A DNA stretch of 64,000 nucleotides from a bacterium (GCA_046160485.1 JBJXGV010000073.1:12076-76075); one strand, 5' to 3'; positions 1-10,913 are shown, counted from the first letter of the stretch. The notes: a model not told the origin generated them from the letters alone. Numbers and translations are program-made.

Positions 1-217
1 AACTGCGCCGTGCGCAAGAATGAGCGAATCGACACGACGGCGTGGCGCGGCGAGAGGCTTCCGGTTCCAGCCTCGACGAGAAGCGGGTAGAAGACGAAGT
101 AGTTGCGGCGGTCGATGAGGAAGATCTCCGCAGCCCCCGGACGGAACGATTTCTCCAAGGCACGCGCGCAGTACGCGCCGCCGAATCCACCGCCCAGAAT
201 GACGACTCGCGCGGACA
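1..217 (-). CDS. ndh: Type II NADH dehydrogenase (NDH-2), N-terminal fragment; the gene continues past the left window edge
   Basis: The reverse-strand translation from the ATG near 217 reads MSARVVILGGGFGGAYCARALEKSF...IDRRNYFVFYPLL. This is the GxGxxG FAD-binding Rossmann start typical of NDH-2 and pyridine-nucleotide-disulfide oxidoreductases. Confidence 0.55.
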
Positions 218-382
218 TAATCGACGCCGATTTTCTTTCTGGGAGGCGCGATTGTCCACCGTCAATCGACTGCGCGATGCGGAGGCGAACGCGGAGTGCA
301 GCACACGACGGGTTGCGGTAGACTCGCCCCACCGTTCCCGCCGGAACGAAACCGGAAGCCAGCGAGCGAAGGGGCAGAACAC

Positions 383-889
383 ATGCGAATCATCGATTCG
401 ATCATCATGGAATTCGACCAGGAAGCCGTCAGCACGGAGAAACTTCTCTCGCGCGTGCCGAGCGAGAAGCTCGGGTGGAAGCCGCATGAGAAATCGATGT
501 CTCTCGGTGAACTCGCATACCACATCGCGACGACGCCGGCGTTTATGGCAAAGATGGCCGCGCCAGACACGTTCGATTTCGCGACCGACGGACCGAAGGA
601 TCGGACCCCGCCGGGATCCACCGCGGAGATCCTCAAGGCCTTCCACGAGTCGATCGCGGCCGCGAAGGATCAGATGCAGCAGTACGACGACGGGCGGGTG
701 ATGAGCAACTGGACGATGCTCCTCGCAGGCAAGACCATCATGACCATTCCACGAATCGTGATCTTCCGGTCGTTTCTGCTCAATCATCTTTACCACCATC
801 GCGGCCAACTCACCGTGTATCTGCGGATGAACGGCGTTTCGTTGCCTGCGATCTACGGCCCGAGCGCGGACGACAATCCTTTCATGTAG
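383..889 (+). CDS. DinB/YfiT-like (DinB_2) family metal-dependent protein
   Basis: The ORF 296..889 has an internal start MRIIDSII preceded by a GAAGGGG RBS. Histidine-rich motifs (HIATTP, HHRGQ) are consistent with the four-helix-bundle DinB fold. Confidence 0.5.
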   Translation: MRIIDSIIMEFDQEAVSTEKLLSRVPSEKLGWKPHEKSMSLGELAYHIATTPAFMAKMAAPDTFDFATDGPKDRTPPGSTAEILKAFHESIAAAKDQMQQYDDGRVMSNWTMLLAGKTIMTIPRIVIFRSFLLNHLYHHRGQLTVYLRMNGVSLPAIYGPSADDNPFM

Positions 890-937
890 TCGGACAGGGT
901 GCCCGATGCGCGAATCGAAACGGAATAGACTAGGCGC

Positions 938-1687
938 GTGACGAAGAGCAAGCCCCACACGGACCGCGCGGCGACGCGCGAAAAGATTGTCGTCGTCGAG
1001 GATGAGGCGGATATCCTCGAGGTGATCGAGTACCACCTCGCGCGCGAAGGGTTTCGCGTTCTCACCTCGCGCGACGGCGAGGCGGGTTACGCGCTTGTCA
1101 AACGCGAGGCGCCTGATCTCGTTCTTCTCGACCTAATGCTCCCTTCGCTCGACGGGATCGAGGTGTGCCGCCTCCTGAAATCGGACCCGGTGACGCGCGG
1201 CATTCCCGTTGTCATGGTCACCGCGAAGGGCGAAGAGAGCGACGCCGTGCTCGGACTCGGACTCGGCGCGGACGACTACATCAAGAAGCCATTCAGTCCG
1301 AAGGAGATGGTGGCGCGCGTGCGCGCGGTGCTGCGTCGCGGGCCGCTCCGCGAGGAACGGCGTCCGCGCGAACGCGTCGAGCACGCCGGGCTTGTTGTCG
1401 ATGCCGCGCGCCACGAAGTGCTGGTCGACGGCGAGCCGATCGTACTGACCGCGACCGGATTCCGGCTCGTTCATTTTCTCGCGTCGCACCCGGGGCGCGT
1501 CTTCACGCGCGACGAACTCCTCTCTCGCGTCATCGGCGACAAGAGCGTCGTCATCGACCGCAACATCGACGTGCACATTGTCGCGGTTCGCAAGAAACTC
1601 GGCCGGTACCGCGATCTCATTGAAACCGTGCGCAGTGTCGGGTATCGCTTCCGCGAAGAGGGCCGCGCGGAGACGCGGGCGCGATGA
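938..1687 (+). CDS. phoB: OmpR/PhoB-family response regulator, likely the phosphate regulon regulator
   Basis: An N-terminal receiver (VVVEDEADI...DLVLLDLMLP, conserved D) is followed by a C-terminal winged-helix domain (RSVGYRF). It is immediately followed by a sensor kinase and sits beside the pst operon. Confidence 0.65.
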   Translation: MTKSKPHTDRAATREKIVVVEDEADILEVIEYHLAREGFRVLTSRDGEAGYALVKREAPDLVLLDLMLPSLDGIEVCRLLKSDPVTRGIPVVMVTAKGEESDAVLGLGLGADDYIKKPFSPKEMVARVRAVLRRGPLREERRPRERVEHAGLVVDAARHEVLVDGEPIVLTATGFRLVHFLASHPGRVFTRDELLSRVIGDKSVVIDRNIDVHIVAVRKKLGRYRDLIETVRSVGYRFREEGRAETRAR

Positions 1688-3483
1688 TCCGCTCGCGTTT
1701 CTTCTGGAAACTCTACGCGGGTTACATCGCGATCATCCTCCTGACGACGGCGTTCGTCGTCGGCCTCAGCGCGTGGCGGCTGCGCCAGAACTGGCTACAT
1801 GAAACGGAGGTCGCCCTTCAAAGCCAGGCGACGATTCTGCGCGAGATCGCAAGACCGACGCTCGTTCCGCGCGACTCGGGCGCCGCGGATCCCGCGCTGC
1901 TGCAGGAGAGCGTTCGCGCGCTCGGCGCGGAAATCGCCGCGCGATTTACGGTCGTTCGCGCCGATGGCGTTGTCATCGCCGATTCGCAGCAGGAGCCGGC
2001 GCAAATGAACAGCCAGCTCGATCGGCCCGAGATACTCGCGGCGCACTCGCACGGCGTCGGGGTGAGCACGCGCCGGAGCGAATCGGTGGACGCGATGATG
2101 CTCCATGTGGCGCTTCGGGTCGAGGACGACGCGCGCATCGCGGGATACGCGCGGGCGGCTTTGCCGCTCGTGAGCTTCGACTCCCAGCTTCGCGAGCTGA
2201 CGCGACCAGTTATTTTCGGCGCCGCGCTGGCCGCATTCCTTGCGCTTCTCCTTGGGCTCTACGCGTCGTGGCGAGTGACCTCGCCGCTAGCTTCGATCAC
2301 TGGCGCCGCGCGCGCGATCGCGCAAGGAAAGTTCGACGAACGCGTCGCGATTTCGGCGCGCGACGAGGTCGGCGATCTGGCACGATCGTTCAGTACGATG
2401 CGTGACGAACTCGAGCGGCGCGTCGAGACGATCACTACGGATCGCAGCCGAGTCCTTGCGATCATTTCGAGCATGGTCGAAGGCGTCGTTGCGGTCGACA
2501 GCGACGAGCGCATCGTCCATATGAACGTGGTTGCGGGAAGCCTTCTGGGAGTACGGCCCGAGGATGCCGTCGGAAAGCGCGTGTGGGAGGCGACGCGCTT
2601 CCACGAGGTGAACGAGGCGCTCGCGCAATCCATGCGTGAAGGGACAAGCGTTCGCGGCGAGGCGCGGCTCGTTGGGGAGAAGCGCGATCGTGTCATCGAG
2701 GTGAATGCGGCGCCCTTGCGCGGCGGCGACGGCGCGACCGCGGGGGCCGTCGTCGTACTCCACGACGTCACGGAGCTGCGGCGCCTCGAAGAAGTCCGGC
2801 GCGAGTTCGTCGCAAACGTTTCGCATGAGTTGAAGACGCCGCTGACCGCGATCCGCGGCATCGTGGAAACGCTCATCGATGACGTCGCGATCGAGCCGGC
2901 GAAGCGGGAGCACTTTCATAGACGCATTCACGACCAGACCCTGCGGCTTTCGGCGCTCGTCACCGATCTGTTGACGCTCTCGCGCGTCGAGTCGCGCGAG
3001 TCGGCGCTCGATCGCGCGATCTGCGACCTGCGCGAGATCGCGGCGGAGTCGGCGCGCGCGGCCGCGCCGGCGATGGAGGACAAAGGGCTTGCCTTCACCG
3101 TCGCGCTCCATGACGCGGCGGTCTTGGTCGTAGGCGACCGCGCCGCGCTCGCGCAAGCGATCAACAACCTGCTCGACAACGCGGTGAAGTACACGCCGGC
3201 GGGAGGCCGGGTGGGATTCTCGCTTTCGGTCGTCGTTGGCATGGCCCACATCAAGGTCCAAGACTCGGGGATTGGGATCGAGTTGCGCGAGCAGGAACGC
3301 ATTTTCGAGCGGTTCTATCGCGTCGACAAGGGCCGGTCGCGCGATCTTGGCGGCACAGGACTCGGACTTTCTATCGTTCGTAACGTCGCGAGCGCGCACG
3401 GCGGACGGGTATCCGTCGAAAGCGCTCCAGGGCAGGGAAGTCTCTTCTCGATCCTTGTTCCGTTGCCGCCAGCACCGGTCTAG
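1684..3483 (+). CDS. phoR: Sensor histidine kinase with TM-HAMP-PAS-HisKA-HATPase architecture, PhoR-like
   Basis: It has two TM segments and a HAMP region. The H-box is VSHELKTPLT and the ATP-lid G-boxes are DSGIGI and GGTGLGLSIV. Its start overlaps the stop of the response regulator by 4 nt. Confidence 0.75.
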   Translation: MIRSRFFWKLYAGYIAIILLTTAFVVGLSAWRLRQNWLHETEVALQSQATILREIARPTLVPRDSGAADPALLQESVRALGAEIAARFTVVRADGVVIADSQQEPAQMNSQLDRPEILAAHSHGVGVSTRRSESVDAMMLHVALRVEDDARIAGYARAALPLVSFDSQLRELTRPVIFGAALAAFLALLLGLYASWRVTSPLASITGAARAIAQGKFDERVAISARDEVGDLARSFSTMRDELERRVETITTDRSRVLAIISSMVEGVVAVDSDERIVHMNVVAGSLLGVRPEDAVGKRVWEATRFHEVNEALAQSMREGTSVRGEARLVGEKRDRVIEVNAAPLRGGDGATAGAVVVLHDVTELRRLEEVRREFVANVSHELKTPLTAIRGIVETLIDDVAIEPAKREHFHRRIHDQTLRLSALVTDLLTLSRVESRESALDRAICDLREIAAESARAAAPAMEDKGLAFTVALHDAAVLVVGDRAALAQAINNLLDNAVKYTPAGGRVGFSLSVVVGMAHIKVQDSGIGIELREQERIFERFYRVDKGRSRDLGGTGLGLSIVRNVASAHGGRVSVESAPGQGSLFSILVPLPPAPV

Positions 3484-3711
3484 CCTCACACGTAGCGTGC
3501 GCGGCACGTGTTCGACATCGCCACGATCATCATCGGGTGTCGCCCGAGCACCCGCGCGGCACTTTTTGCCCTCCCTTAATCCGTTCTTTATTCGCAAGAC
3601 CCAGAGTTGCCACCTGTTCGTCACAGAGGACGGCGCGCGTTTTCGTGGTGATTTCGAATCCACCGGGAAGCGGCTGTCCTTGCACGAGGGACCGGAAGCG
3701 CGGAGGAGACG

Positions 3712-4977
3712 ATGACGGAGAGTAGAGGCGCGAAAGAGGTTCTGGTCGCGGGCATGATCGCGGCGGCCAGCATGATCGCGGCGGCAATGCCGGCGTTCGG
3801 CGACGAAAGCAAGCCCGATCCGAACGCGATGACCGTGCGCTGGAAGGACGGCCTGCGCATCGAGACGGCCGACAAGAAGACACAGGTTCGAATCGGAGGC
3901 AGGATCCAGAGCGATTGGGCGTTCTTCCGCGAGGATGACGAAATCTCCGATGGCTTCGGCGTCATCGAAGACGGCACTGAGTTTCGCCGCGCGCGGCTAT
4001 TCGCCTCGGGTCTCATCAACGGGCTGATCGAGTTCAAGGACGAGTTCGAGTTCTCCGGCGGGCGCGTGCAAACCCGCGACGTCTACATCGGACTGCGCGG
4101 GCTTCCGGCCGTCGGAACTCTCCGCGTCGGCCACTTCAAGGAGCCTCTCAGTCTCGAGGAGTTGACGAGCGATTCCTATGTTGCGCTGCAAGAACGCTCT
4201 CTCGTCTCGACGTTCGTTCCGTCGCGGAATCCAGGAGCCGTCGTGATGAACGCATTCGCGGACGAGCGCGTCACGGCGGCCGCGGGCGTCTTTCGCGACG
4301 CCGACAACACCGGCAATCAATCCGGAGACGGCGAGTACGCCGTGACCGCGCGCGTCACGGGGCTACCCGCGATTCGCGACGACGGCAAGGCGCTCGTTCA
4401 TCTCGGCGCCGCGGCCAGCGTGCGGAGTCCCAACGACGACATGGCGCGGTATCGCGCACGCCCCGAGGCGAACCTCGCGCCGTATCTCGTCGACACCGGA
4501 GAGGATGGGCTGCCCGCGGAGTCGGTGACGATCCTCGCGGGCGAAGCGGCGGTTGTGCGTGGGCCGCTCGCGCTTCAGGCCGAGCATGTCGGCGCGCTCG
4601 TCAGCGGCATAGACGACAACGAGGACCTCGCGTTCTGGGGGACGTACGTTCAAGCGACGTGGTGGCTCACGGGCGAGAGCGCCAACTACCAGCGCGCGGA
4701 AGGCGTGTTCGGCGGCGTCACGCCGGCGAAGAAGTTCTCGCTCGAGGACGACGGGGCCGGCGCGTGGCAACTCGCGGCGCGCTACTCGCATCTTTCGCTC
4801 GAGGACGGCAGTGTGCTCGGCGGAAACCTCTCTGACGTGACGCTCGGTCTCAACTGGTACTTGAGCGCGATCACGCGCGTGACGGCCAACGTCGTCGTAG
4901 CCGAGCGCTCTGACGCAGAGGGCGGGGTCGAGGGCCGCGTGACGAGCATCCTCACGCGTATGCAGGTTGATTTCTAG
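3712..4977 (+). CDS. Phosphate-selective porin, OprO/OprP family
   Basis: A signal peptide is followed by a beta-strand-rich sequence typical of OprO/P (WKDGLRIETADKK...VRIGGRIQSDW). It lies between phoBR and pstSCAB. Confidence 0.6.
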   Translation: MTESRGAKEVLVAGMIAAASMIAAAMPAFGDESKPDPNAMTVRWKDGLRIETADKKTQVRIGGRIQSDWAFFREDDEISDGFGVIEDGTEFRRARLFASGLINGLIEFKDEFEFSGGRVQTRDVYIGLRGLPAVGTLRVGHFKEPLSLEELTSDSYVALQERSLVSTFVPSRNPGAVVMNAFADERVTAAAGVFRDADNTGNQSGDGEYAVTARVTGLPAIRDDGKALVHLGAAASVRSPNDDMARYRARPEANLAPYLVDTGEDGLPAESVTILAGEAAVVRGPLALQAEHVGALVSGIDDNEDLAFWGTYVQATWWLTGESANYQRAEGVFGGVTPAKKFSLEDDGAGAWQLAARYSHLSLEDGSVLGGNLSDVTLGLNWYLSAITRVTANVVVAERSDAEGGVEGRVTSILTRMQVDF

Positions 4978-5054
4978 GGCGAGGGCGGCATCCTTGCGTC
5001 GCCGTGGCGCGGAGACTTCACTGGCTCTTAATCGAATCTTTACGTTTCATCGCG

Positions 5055-5100
5055 ATCATATCGAGCAATCATTCGCCCATAATCACGACGCTGGAATCGA
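5055..5100 (+). promoter_or_regulatory. Candidate Pho-box-like direct repeats upstream of pstS
   Basis: The sequence TTTCATcgcgATCATatcgagcaATCATtcgcccATAATCA has TCAT-containing half-sites at roughly 9-14 bp spacing. It ends about 15 nt before the pstS RBS. Confidence 0.3.
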
Positions 5101-5113
5101 AAGGAGATTCGAA

Positions 5114-6127
5114 ATGCACCGACCCACAACGGGCTCAGGATTCGTGCGCTCCATCGCAAGCGCGCTCTTTCTTACGCTCTCGCCGCTCTTCTTTGGCGCC
5201 TGCCAGGCAGCGCCGCTCTCCGGAGCCGTCAAGGTCGACGGATCGAGCACGGTGTTTCCCGTCACGGAGGCGGTGGCCGAAGAGTTCCAGATCCAAAATC
5301 CGAAGGTGCGCGTAACGGTCGGAATCTCGGGTACGGGAGGAGGCTTCAAGAAGTTTTACGCCGGCGAAATCGACATCAGCAATGCGTCGCGCCCGATCGC
5401 CGCGGCCGAGATCGAAGCCGCAGCGAAGAATGGCATCGAGTACATCGAGCTTCCCGTCGCATACGACGGTCTCTCGATCGTCGTGAATCCGAAGAACGAC
5501 TTTGTTTCGACGCTTACCGTCGAGGAGCTCCGGAAGATTTGGCAACCGGAAAGCACGGTCAAGCTGTGGAGCGATGTTCGGCCCGGCTGGCCCGCGAAGC
5601 CGATCAATCTCTACGGCGCTGGTCACGACTCGGGAACCTTCGACTACTTCACCGAGGCGATCGTGGGGAAAGCGAAGTCGTGCCGTTCCGACTACACCGC
5701 GAGCGAAGACGACAACGTTCTCGTGCAGGGCGTAGAAGGCGATAAGAACGCGCTCGGCTTCTTCGGCTACGCGTACTACGCGGAGAACAAGTCGCGGTTG
5801 AAGCTCGTCTCCGTGGATCCCGGCACGGGTGCGGTCGCGCCGTCGGAAGAAACGATTCGGAACGGCACCTACACGCCGCTCTCGCGGCCAATGTTCATCT
5901 ACGTCAGCGTCGCCGCGGCGAAGCGACCGGAGATACAGTCGTTCGTCAAGTTCTACATCGAGAACGCGCCGTCGCTCGTGACCGAGGTGGGTTACGTCCC
6001 GCTTCCGGCGACGGTGTACGAGTTGGCACTCGCCCGTTTCGATCAACGCACCGCCGGAACTGTCTTCGGGGGCGAGGGTCACAAGGTCGGCTTCAAACTC
6101 GAAGACTTGCTCACCGCGAAGAAGTAA
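5114..6127 (+). CDS. pstS: Phosphate ABC transporter substrate-binding protein PstS
   Basis: The internal start MHRPTT is preceded by an AAGGAG RBS. It carries a signal peptide and a PBP-like sequence ([15 protein letters not shown]), and is followed by pstCAB. Confidence 0.85.
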   Translation: MHRPTTGSGFVRSIASALFLTLSPLFFGACQAAPLSGAVKVDGSSTVFPVTEAVAEEFQIQNPKVRVTVGISGTGGGFKKFYAGEIDISNASRPIAAAEIEAAAKNGIEYIELPVAYDGLSIVVNPKNDFVSTLTVEELRKIWQPESTVKLWSDVRPGWPAKPINLYGAGHDSGTFDYFTEAIVGKAKSCRSDYTASEDDNVLVQGVEGDKNALGFFGYAYYAENKSRLKLVSVDPGTGAVAPSEETIRNGTYTPLSRPMFIYVSVAAAKRPEIQSFVKFYIENAPSLVTEVGYVPLPATVYELALARFDQRTAGTVFGGEGHKVGFKLEDLLTAKK

Positions 6128-6182
6128 CCCGGAGGCGCCACGGAGGCGCGGCGCACGGGCGCCGCGCCGGGGGCGAACGACG

Positions 6183-7094
6183 ATGCAAGAGCCCGCAGGA
6201 ATACGAAAGGGACACCGCCGCCGCTGGCGCGAAGAAGCGATCTGCGGCGTCTTGTTTCTCTGTGCGCTCCTCTCCGTCGCAACGACGATGGGAATTGTCG
6301 TCGTGCTCGCGAAAGAGGCGTACTCGTTCTTCGCCGAGGTGCCGCTCGGTGATTTTCTCTTTGGAACGCGCTGGGCGCCGCTTTTGGATCCGCGCTCGTA
6401 CGGCGTGCTGCCGCTTGTTTGCGGCACCGCGATCGTCGTGATCGGCGCGGGCCTAATCGCGCTTCCCGTCGGCCTCGCGAGCGGCATCTACCTCAGCGAG
6501 TATGCCGGCTCACGCACGCGTCGAACGATCAAGCCGATCTTGGAAATCCTCGCCGGGATTCCGACGGTCGTGTACGGATTCTTCGCGCTGACGTTCATTA
6601 CGCCGATACTCACGAAAATCTTGCCGCAGACGCAGGTCTTCAACGCGGCGAGCGCGGCGATCGTCGTCGGCATCATGATTCTTCCGATGGTGACGTCGCT
6701 CTGCGACGACTCGCTCCGCGCGGTCCCGGCGTCGGTGCGGCAGGCCGCGTTCGCGGTCGGCGCCACGCCGCACGAGGTCTCGACGCAGGTCGTCGTTCCG
6801 GGCGCGCTCTCGGGCATTCTCGCGTCGTTCGTGCTCGCGCTCTCGCGCGCGCTCGGCGAAACGATGGCCGTCGTCATCGCCGCGGGACAGACGCCTAAGC
6901 TCACGCTCAACCCGCTCGAGAGTATCGAAACGATGACCGCCTACATCGTGCAAGTCAGCCTCGGCGACACGCCCGCGGGCACGATCGAGTACAAAACGAT
7001 CTTCGCGGTCGGCGCGCTTCTCTTCGCCATCACGCTCGGAATGAACCTCCTTGCCCACAGAATTCTCGCGCGCTTCCGCGAGGTGTACGAATGA
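6183..7094 (+). CDS. pstC: Phosphate ABC transporter permease PstC
   Basis: It is a multi-TM permease whose EAA-like loop ([12 protein letters not shown]) matches PstC, and it lies in the pst gene order. Confidence 0.85.
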   Translation: MQEPAGIRKGHRRRWREEAICGVLFLCALLSVATTMGIVVVLAKEAYSFFAEVPLGDFLFGTRWAPLLDPRSYGVLPLVCGTAIVVIGAGLIALPVGLASGIYLSEYAGSRTRRTIKPILEILAGIPTVVYGFFALTFITPILTKILPQTQVFNAASAAIVVGIMILPMVTSLCDDSLRAVPASVRQAAFAVGATPHEVSTQVVVPGALSGILASFVLALSRALGETMAVVIAAGQTPKLTLNPLESIETMTAYIVQVSLGDTPAGTIEYKTIFAVGALLFAITLGMNLLAHRILARFREVYE

Positions 7095-8029
7095 GCACGC
7101 CCGCGACTGGCGCGCCGAACGCGACCGGACCGATCGCGGTGGCCAATCGACTTGGCGCTGGCTTCACGTCGCCGTACGAATCGAATGTTGCCGCGCGCCA
7201 GGCGGTCTCGCGTTCGTTCCGCACGCTCTGCGCCGTGCTGACGTGGCTCGGCGTCGTGCTTCTCGCCGTGCTCCTGTTTCACGTCGCGCGTGCGGGGCTC
7301 GGTTGGCTCGACTGGCAGTTCCTCTCAAGCTTCCCATCGCGGTTCGCCGAGCGGGCCGGGATTAAGTCCGCGCTCATCGGCACGCTCTGGCTGATTTCGT
7401 TGACGGCGATGTTCTCGATTCCGACAGGCATCGCCGCGGCGCTCTATCTCGAGGAGTACGCACGCCCGAGCCGCCTGAACACGTTCATCGAGATCAACAT
7501 TGCGAATCTCGCCGGCGTGCCGTCGATCGTCTACGGAATGCTCGGACTTGCACTCTTCGTTCGCGGATTCGCGCTCGGCCGAAGCGTTCTTGCGGGAAGT
7601 CTTACGATGTCGCTGCTCATCTTGCCGACGATCATCATCGCGTCGCGCGAAGCGATTCGCGCGGTGCCGCAATCGATTCGTCTCGCCTCGTTCGCGCTGG
7701 GCGCGACGCGTTGGGAGACCGTGCGCCACCACACGCTTCCGGCCGCGCTTCCGGGCGTGCTGACGGGCGTCATCCTTGCGCTCTCGCGCGCCATCGGCGA
7801 AACCGCGCCTCTTGTCATGATCGGCGCTCTCGCGTTCGTCGCGTTCATTCCGTCCGGACCGCTCGACGGCTTTACTGCGTTGCCGATTCAGATCTTCAAC
7901 TGGACATCGCGCCCGCAAGAAGAGTTTCACGGCATCGCGGCCGCGGCGATCATCGTCCTGCTCTTCGTTCTGCTTCTCATGAACTCCGTTGCGATCTATA
8001 TTCGGAACCGCCATGAAGGGAATCGGTGA
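7091..8029 (+). CDS. pstA: Phosphate ABC transporter permease PstA
   Basis: It is a multi-TM permease with an EAA motif ([12 protein letters not shown]) and shows 4-nt start/stop overlap with pstC. Confidence 0.85.
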   Translation: MSTPATGAPNATGPIAVANRLGAGFTSPYESNVAARQAVSRSFRTLCAVLTWLGVVLLAVLLFHVARAGLGWLDWQFLSSFPSRFAERAGIKSALIGTLWLISLTAMFSIPTGIAAALYLEEYARPSRLNTFIEINIANLAGVPSIVYGMLGLALFVRGFALGRSVLAGSLTMSLLILPTIIIASREAIRAVPQSIRLASFALGATRWETVRHHTLPAALPGVLTGVILALSRAIGETAPLVMIGALAFVAFIPSGPLDGFTALPIQIFNWTSRPQEEFHGIAAAAIIVLLFVLLLMNSVAIYIRNRHEGNR

Positions 8030-8880
8030 TGTCGGTAATGACAACCACGAAGGCCGCGATCGCGACACGAGCGCGCGGCTCGGAGGCGAAGATGTCCGAG
8101 CCTGAGACCACCACGCTTCCGGCGATTCTCGAGACGCGCGATCTCACGTTTCGATACGGGCAGACTGCCGCGGTCAAGAAGATCAGCATTTCGATTTTCG
8201 AGAATCGCATCACGTCGATCATCGGGCCGTCGGGCTGCGGAAAGAGCACGCTCCTGCGGACGTTCAATCGCATGAACGATTTCATCGCCGACGCAACGAT
8301 CGAAGGCGAGGTCCTCTACCACGGCACGAATCTCTATGCGAAAGACATCGACCCCGTGGAGGTGCGGCGGCGGATCGGAATGGTGTTCCAGCGACCGAAC
8401 CCGTTCCCGAAGTCGATCTTTCAGAACGTGGCGTGGGGGCCGACGATCAACGGCTACGGCGGTAAAAACGCCAAGCGGAGCCTCGAGGAACTTGTCGAGC
8501 GCTCGCTTCGCCAGGCTGGATTGTGGGACGAGGTCAAAGATCGCCTCGACAAGGGTGGGCTCGCGCTCTCAGGCGGACAACAGCAGCGGCTCTGCATCGC
8601 GCGCGCGCTCGCGCTGCAGCCCGAGATCATCCTGATGGACGAGCCGTGCTCCGCGCTCGACCCGGCGTCGACGGCGCGCATCGAAGATCTCCTCTTCGAG
8701 CTGGCCGAGCGGTACACGATCGTCATCGTCACGCACAACATGCAGCAGGCGGCGCGCGTCTCCGATTTCACGGCGTTCCTCGACACGGGCACGCTCATCG
8801 AGTTCGGCGTCACCGATCAGGTTTTCACGCGGCCGAAGGAAAAGCGCACCGAGGATTACGTCACGGGGCGGTTCGGGTAA
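8026..8880 (+). CDS. pstB: Phosphate ABC transporter ATP-binding protein PstB
   Basis: It has Walker [10 protein letters not shown], the ABC signature LSGGQQQRL, Walker B ILMDEP and an H-loop. It overlaps the pstA stop. Confidence 0.9.
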   Translation: MMSVMTTTKAAIATRARGSEAKMSEPETTTLPAILETRDLTFRYGQTAAVKKISISIFENRITSIIGPSGCGKSTLLRTFNRMNDFIADATIEGEVLYHGTNLYAKDIDPVEVRRRIGMVFQRPNPFPKSIFQNVAWGPTINGYGGKNAKRSLEELVERSLRQAGLWDEVKDRLDKGGLALSGGQQQRLCIARALALQPEIILMDEPCSALDPASTARIEDLLFELAERYTIVIVTHNMQQAARVSDFTAFLDTGTLIEFGVTDQVFTRPKEKRTEDYVTGRFG

Positions 8881-8919
8881 CATCGACGGGCGCCGATCAC
8901 GGCGGAGGGGTGGATCTGA

Positions 8920-9633
8920 ATGAAGCATCTTCAAAGGGATCTCGACCGGTTGAAGCGAGAGATCCTTCTTATGGGATCGATGGTCGAGGAAGCGACGAAC
9001 AAAGCGCTGTCGGCGTTTCTTTATCGCCGGCCCGAGCTTGCCGAGGCGGTCATGGAAGGCGACGACCGCATCGACCAGAAGGAACTCGACGTCGAAGAGG
9101 AGTGCCTCAAGCTTCTCGCGCTACACCAACCGGTCGCGGCGGACCTGCGTTTCATCATCGCCGTGATGAAGGTGAACAACGATCTCGAGCGGATGGGCGA
9201 CGAGGCGTACAACATCGCCGAGCGGGCGTCTTATCTCTCGGCGCACGATCCGATCGGCGTGCCGGGTGATTTCCCGGCGATGGTCGATCGCGTGAGGATG
9301 ATGGTGCGCGATAGCCTCGACGCGCTCGTCAATCGCGACACGAACCTCGCGCGGAAGGTGTGCCGCGACGACGACCTCGTCGACTCGACGCACCGCGAAA
9401 TGTACATGGCGCTTCAGGAGCGGATGCGCGAAAACCCGCAGACGGTCGAGCGTGCCGTGCGCACGCTCTCGGTTTCGCGTCACCTCGAGCGCATCGCGGA
9501 CCTCGCGACGAACATCGCCGAGGACGTTGTCTTCATGGTCGACGGCGACGTGATCCGCCACAGGACGCCCGGGCTCTCCGGCACACAGCACGCGGGCCTT
9601 CCCGACGCTGCTGACGCCGACAAGGCCCGCTAG
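8920..9633 (+). CDS. phoU: Phosphate signalling complex protein PhoU
   Basis: Two PhoU repeats are present (DLRFIIAVMKVNNDLERMGD and LSVSRHLERIADLATNIAE). It lies immediately downstream of pstB. Confidence 0.9.
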   Translation: MKHLQRDLDRLKREILLMGSMVEEATNKALSAFLYRRPELAEAVMEGDDRIDQKELDVEEECLKLLALHQPVAADLRFIIAVMKVNNDLERMGDEAYNIAERASYLSAHDPIGVPGDFPAMVDRVRMMVRDSLDALVNRDTNLARKVCRDDDLVDSTHREMYMALQERMRENPQTVERAVRTLSVSRHLERIADLATNIAEDVVFMVDGDVIRHRTPGLSGTQHAGLPDAADADKAR

Positions 9634-9655
9634 TTTCCGACGCTCGCGTTCCGAA

Positions 9656-10321
9656 CTAGAAGAAGATCCCCTTAACCTGACCCCACGAACGCTCCTCGTT
9701 CGACGCGATCTCTCGCGCGTCCCCGCCGCCGTTTTTCTCATTGATGGCGATCGGGCCCGGATTCGCCTGATCGTTCTGGCGGAACAGGAGCCAAAGACCC
9801 GTCGAATCGGGGTCCGGCTTCGTGATGAAAATCTGCGGTGAATCGACGGTGTAGACGAGCGGCGTCTCGTTGGTGACCTGGGTCGTGGTGACGCGGAGTA
9901 CGACAGTCGTTTGGAGCTGGCGGCAACCGTCGCAGTCGTCTCCGAGGTACTCCGAGTTCTGCGACACGTTGATATCGAGAAGGACCGAGGTGACGCTGGC
10001 AGCGCCGAACATCGCGGTCGTGCTCTGAAGGTCCTTCGTCCTGTCCCAGAAATTCTCGGGCCCGAGGATTGTCCTAAGGCTCTCGGCGTCGTCGGCTGTG
10101 AAGTGGAACTGGAAGTCGGGGGAGAGCATCTCCGTGTAGAACGAGGGGTTCTGCTCGTTGTAGGCGCGCTCGAACCAGTTCGTGAGCAGCGCGCCGGGCG
10201 TATTGCGGATCGGCGGTTCCGGGTCCATGTCCATCGGATTCCCCCCGCCGTCCCCTCCTCCGCACGATGATACGAGCAAAGCCGCGCTGAATAGGGCGGC
10301 GAGGGCGTGTCGAAACTTCAT
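9656..10321 (-). CDS. Hypothetical secreted lipoprotein
   Basis: The internal start MKFRHALAALFSAALLVSSCGGG gives a signal peptide with lipobox and a glycine-rich linker. A GGAGG RBS precedes it. There is no recognisable catalytic motif. Confidence 0.5.
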   Translation of the reverse strand: MKFRHALAALFSAALLVSSCGGGDGGGNPMDMDPEPPIRNTPGALLTNWFERAYNEQNPSFYTEMLSPDFQFHFTADDAESLRTILGPENFWDRTKDLQSTTAMFGAASVTSVLLDINVSQNSEYLGDDCDGCRQLQTTVVLRVTTTQVTNETPLVYTVDSPQIFITKPDPDSTGLWLLFRQNDQANPGPIAINEKNGGGDAREIASNEERSWGQVKGIFF

Positions 10322-10411
10322 GTCAATAACCTCCGTGGCAGACTTGTCGATGTGCTCGATAACGATGGTTGACGAAAACAGAAAGAAGCGAGGCGAGCCT
10401 AACATAAAAGC

Positions 10412-10450
10412 GAAGAAGCCGGCGATTGCCACCGGCTTCTTCGCTTTTTT
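10412..10450. terminator. Strong GC hairpin flanked by T/A tracts, a probable bidirectional intrinsic terminator
   Basis: The sequence is GAAGAAGCCGG-cgattgcca-CCGGCTTCTTC followed by GCTTTTTTCG on the plus strand. On the minus strand the same hairpin is followed by GCUUUUAUGUU, about 80 nt beyond the HTH gene stop. Confidence 0.5.
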
Positions 10451-10519
10451 CGCGGTTTTCGCTGCCGCGGCTTCAGGAAAGCAGCCCGAGCCGCGTCGAA
10501 TCGAACGTTCCCGCCCTTT

Positions 10520-10717
10520 TTAGCTGTGCTCCCCGCCCTTGCCGGCCGGCCCGGGCGCGCTCGCGAACAGCTCATCGAGCCTGTCCTTGCTGAAGCGCCA
10601 CTGCCCGCCGACCTTCAAGCCGGGCACCTTTCCTTCCTTTGCGAGCTTGTAGAGCGTGGCCCGCGTGATGTTGAGGTACTTTGCTGCGGCGTTGACATCG
10701 AGGATCTCTTTAGACAT
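10520..10717 (-). CDS. Excisionase/AlpA-type helix-turn-helix DNA-binding protein
   Basis: The 65-aa protein reads AAKYLNITRATLYKLAKEGKVPGLKVGGQWRF, the classic excisionase-family HTH_17 signature. Confidence 0.6.
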   Translation of the reverse strand: MSKEILDVNAAAKYLNITRATLYKLAKEGKVPGLKVGGQWRFSKDRLDELFASAPGPAGKGGEHS

Positions 10718-10782
10718 AGGTGCTCACCTCGTCGATCGAAAAATGAGAATGAGAAGCGCGGGCTTCGATGAATTCTCTCCAA

Positions 10783-10798
10783 GGGTGACCGTCACCCT
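10783..10798. promoter_or_regulatory. Perfect palindrome GGGTGACCGTCACCC in the leader of the HTH gene, a candidate operator
   Basis: A 7-bp inverted repeat with a 2-bp spacer lies about 65-80 nt upstream of the HTH gene start. It is not followed by a U-tract on either strand. Confidence 0.25.
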
Positions 10799-10913
10799 TC
10801 GTTCGTTGTATAGATCGGCCGGTCGGGGGTTTTCTTGAGGAGTATTTCGTTGTGGCAGCGAAGAAATTACGGGGTCGCGGCGCAGAGCGCAGGAGCCGCG
10901 GAGGAGACGGCCG

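Noticed and set aside
3640-3660. Inverted repeat CTGTTCGTCACAG upstream of the porin gene as a possible Pho box
   Set aside because: Pho boxes are direct repeats. This is a short palindrome of uncertain meaning and is too weak to call.
9634-9660. Possible terminator between convergent phoU and lipoprotein genes
   Set aside because: The sequence contains a direct repeat (TTCCGA x2) rather than an inverted repeat, so no stable hairpin was found.
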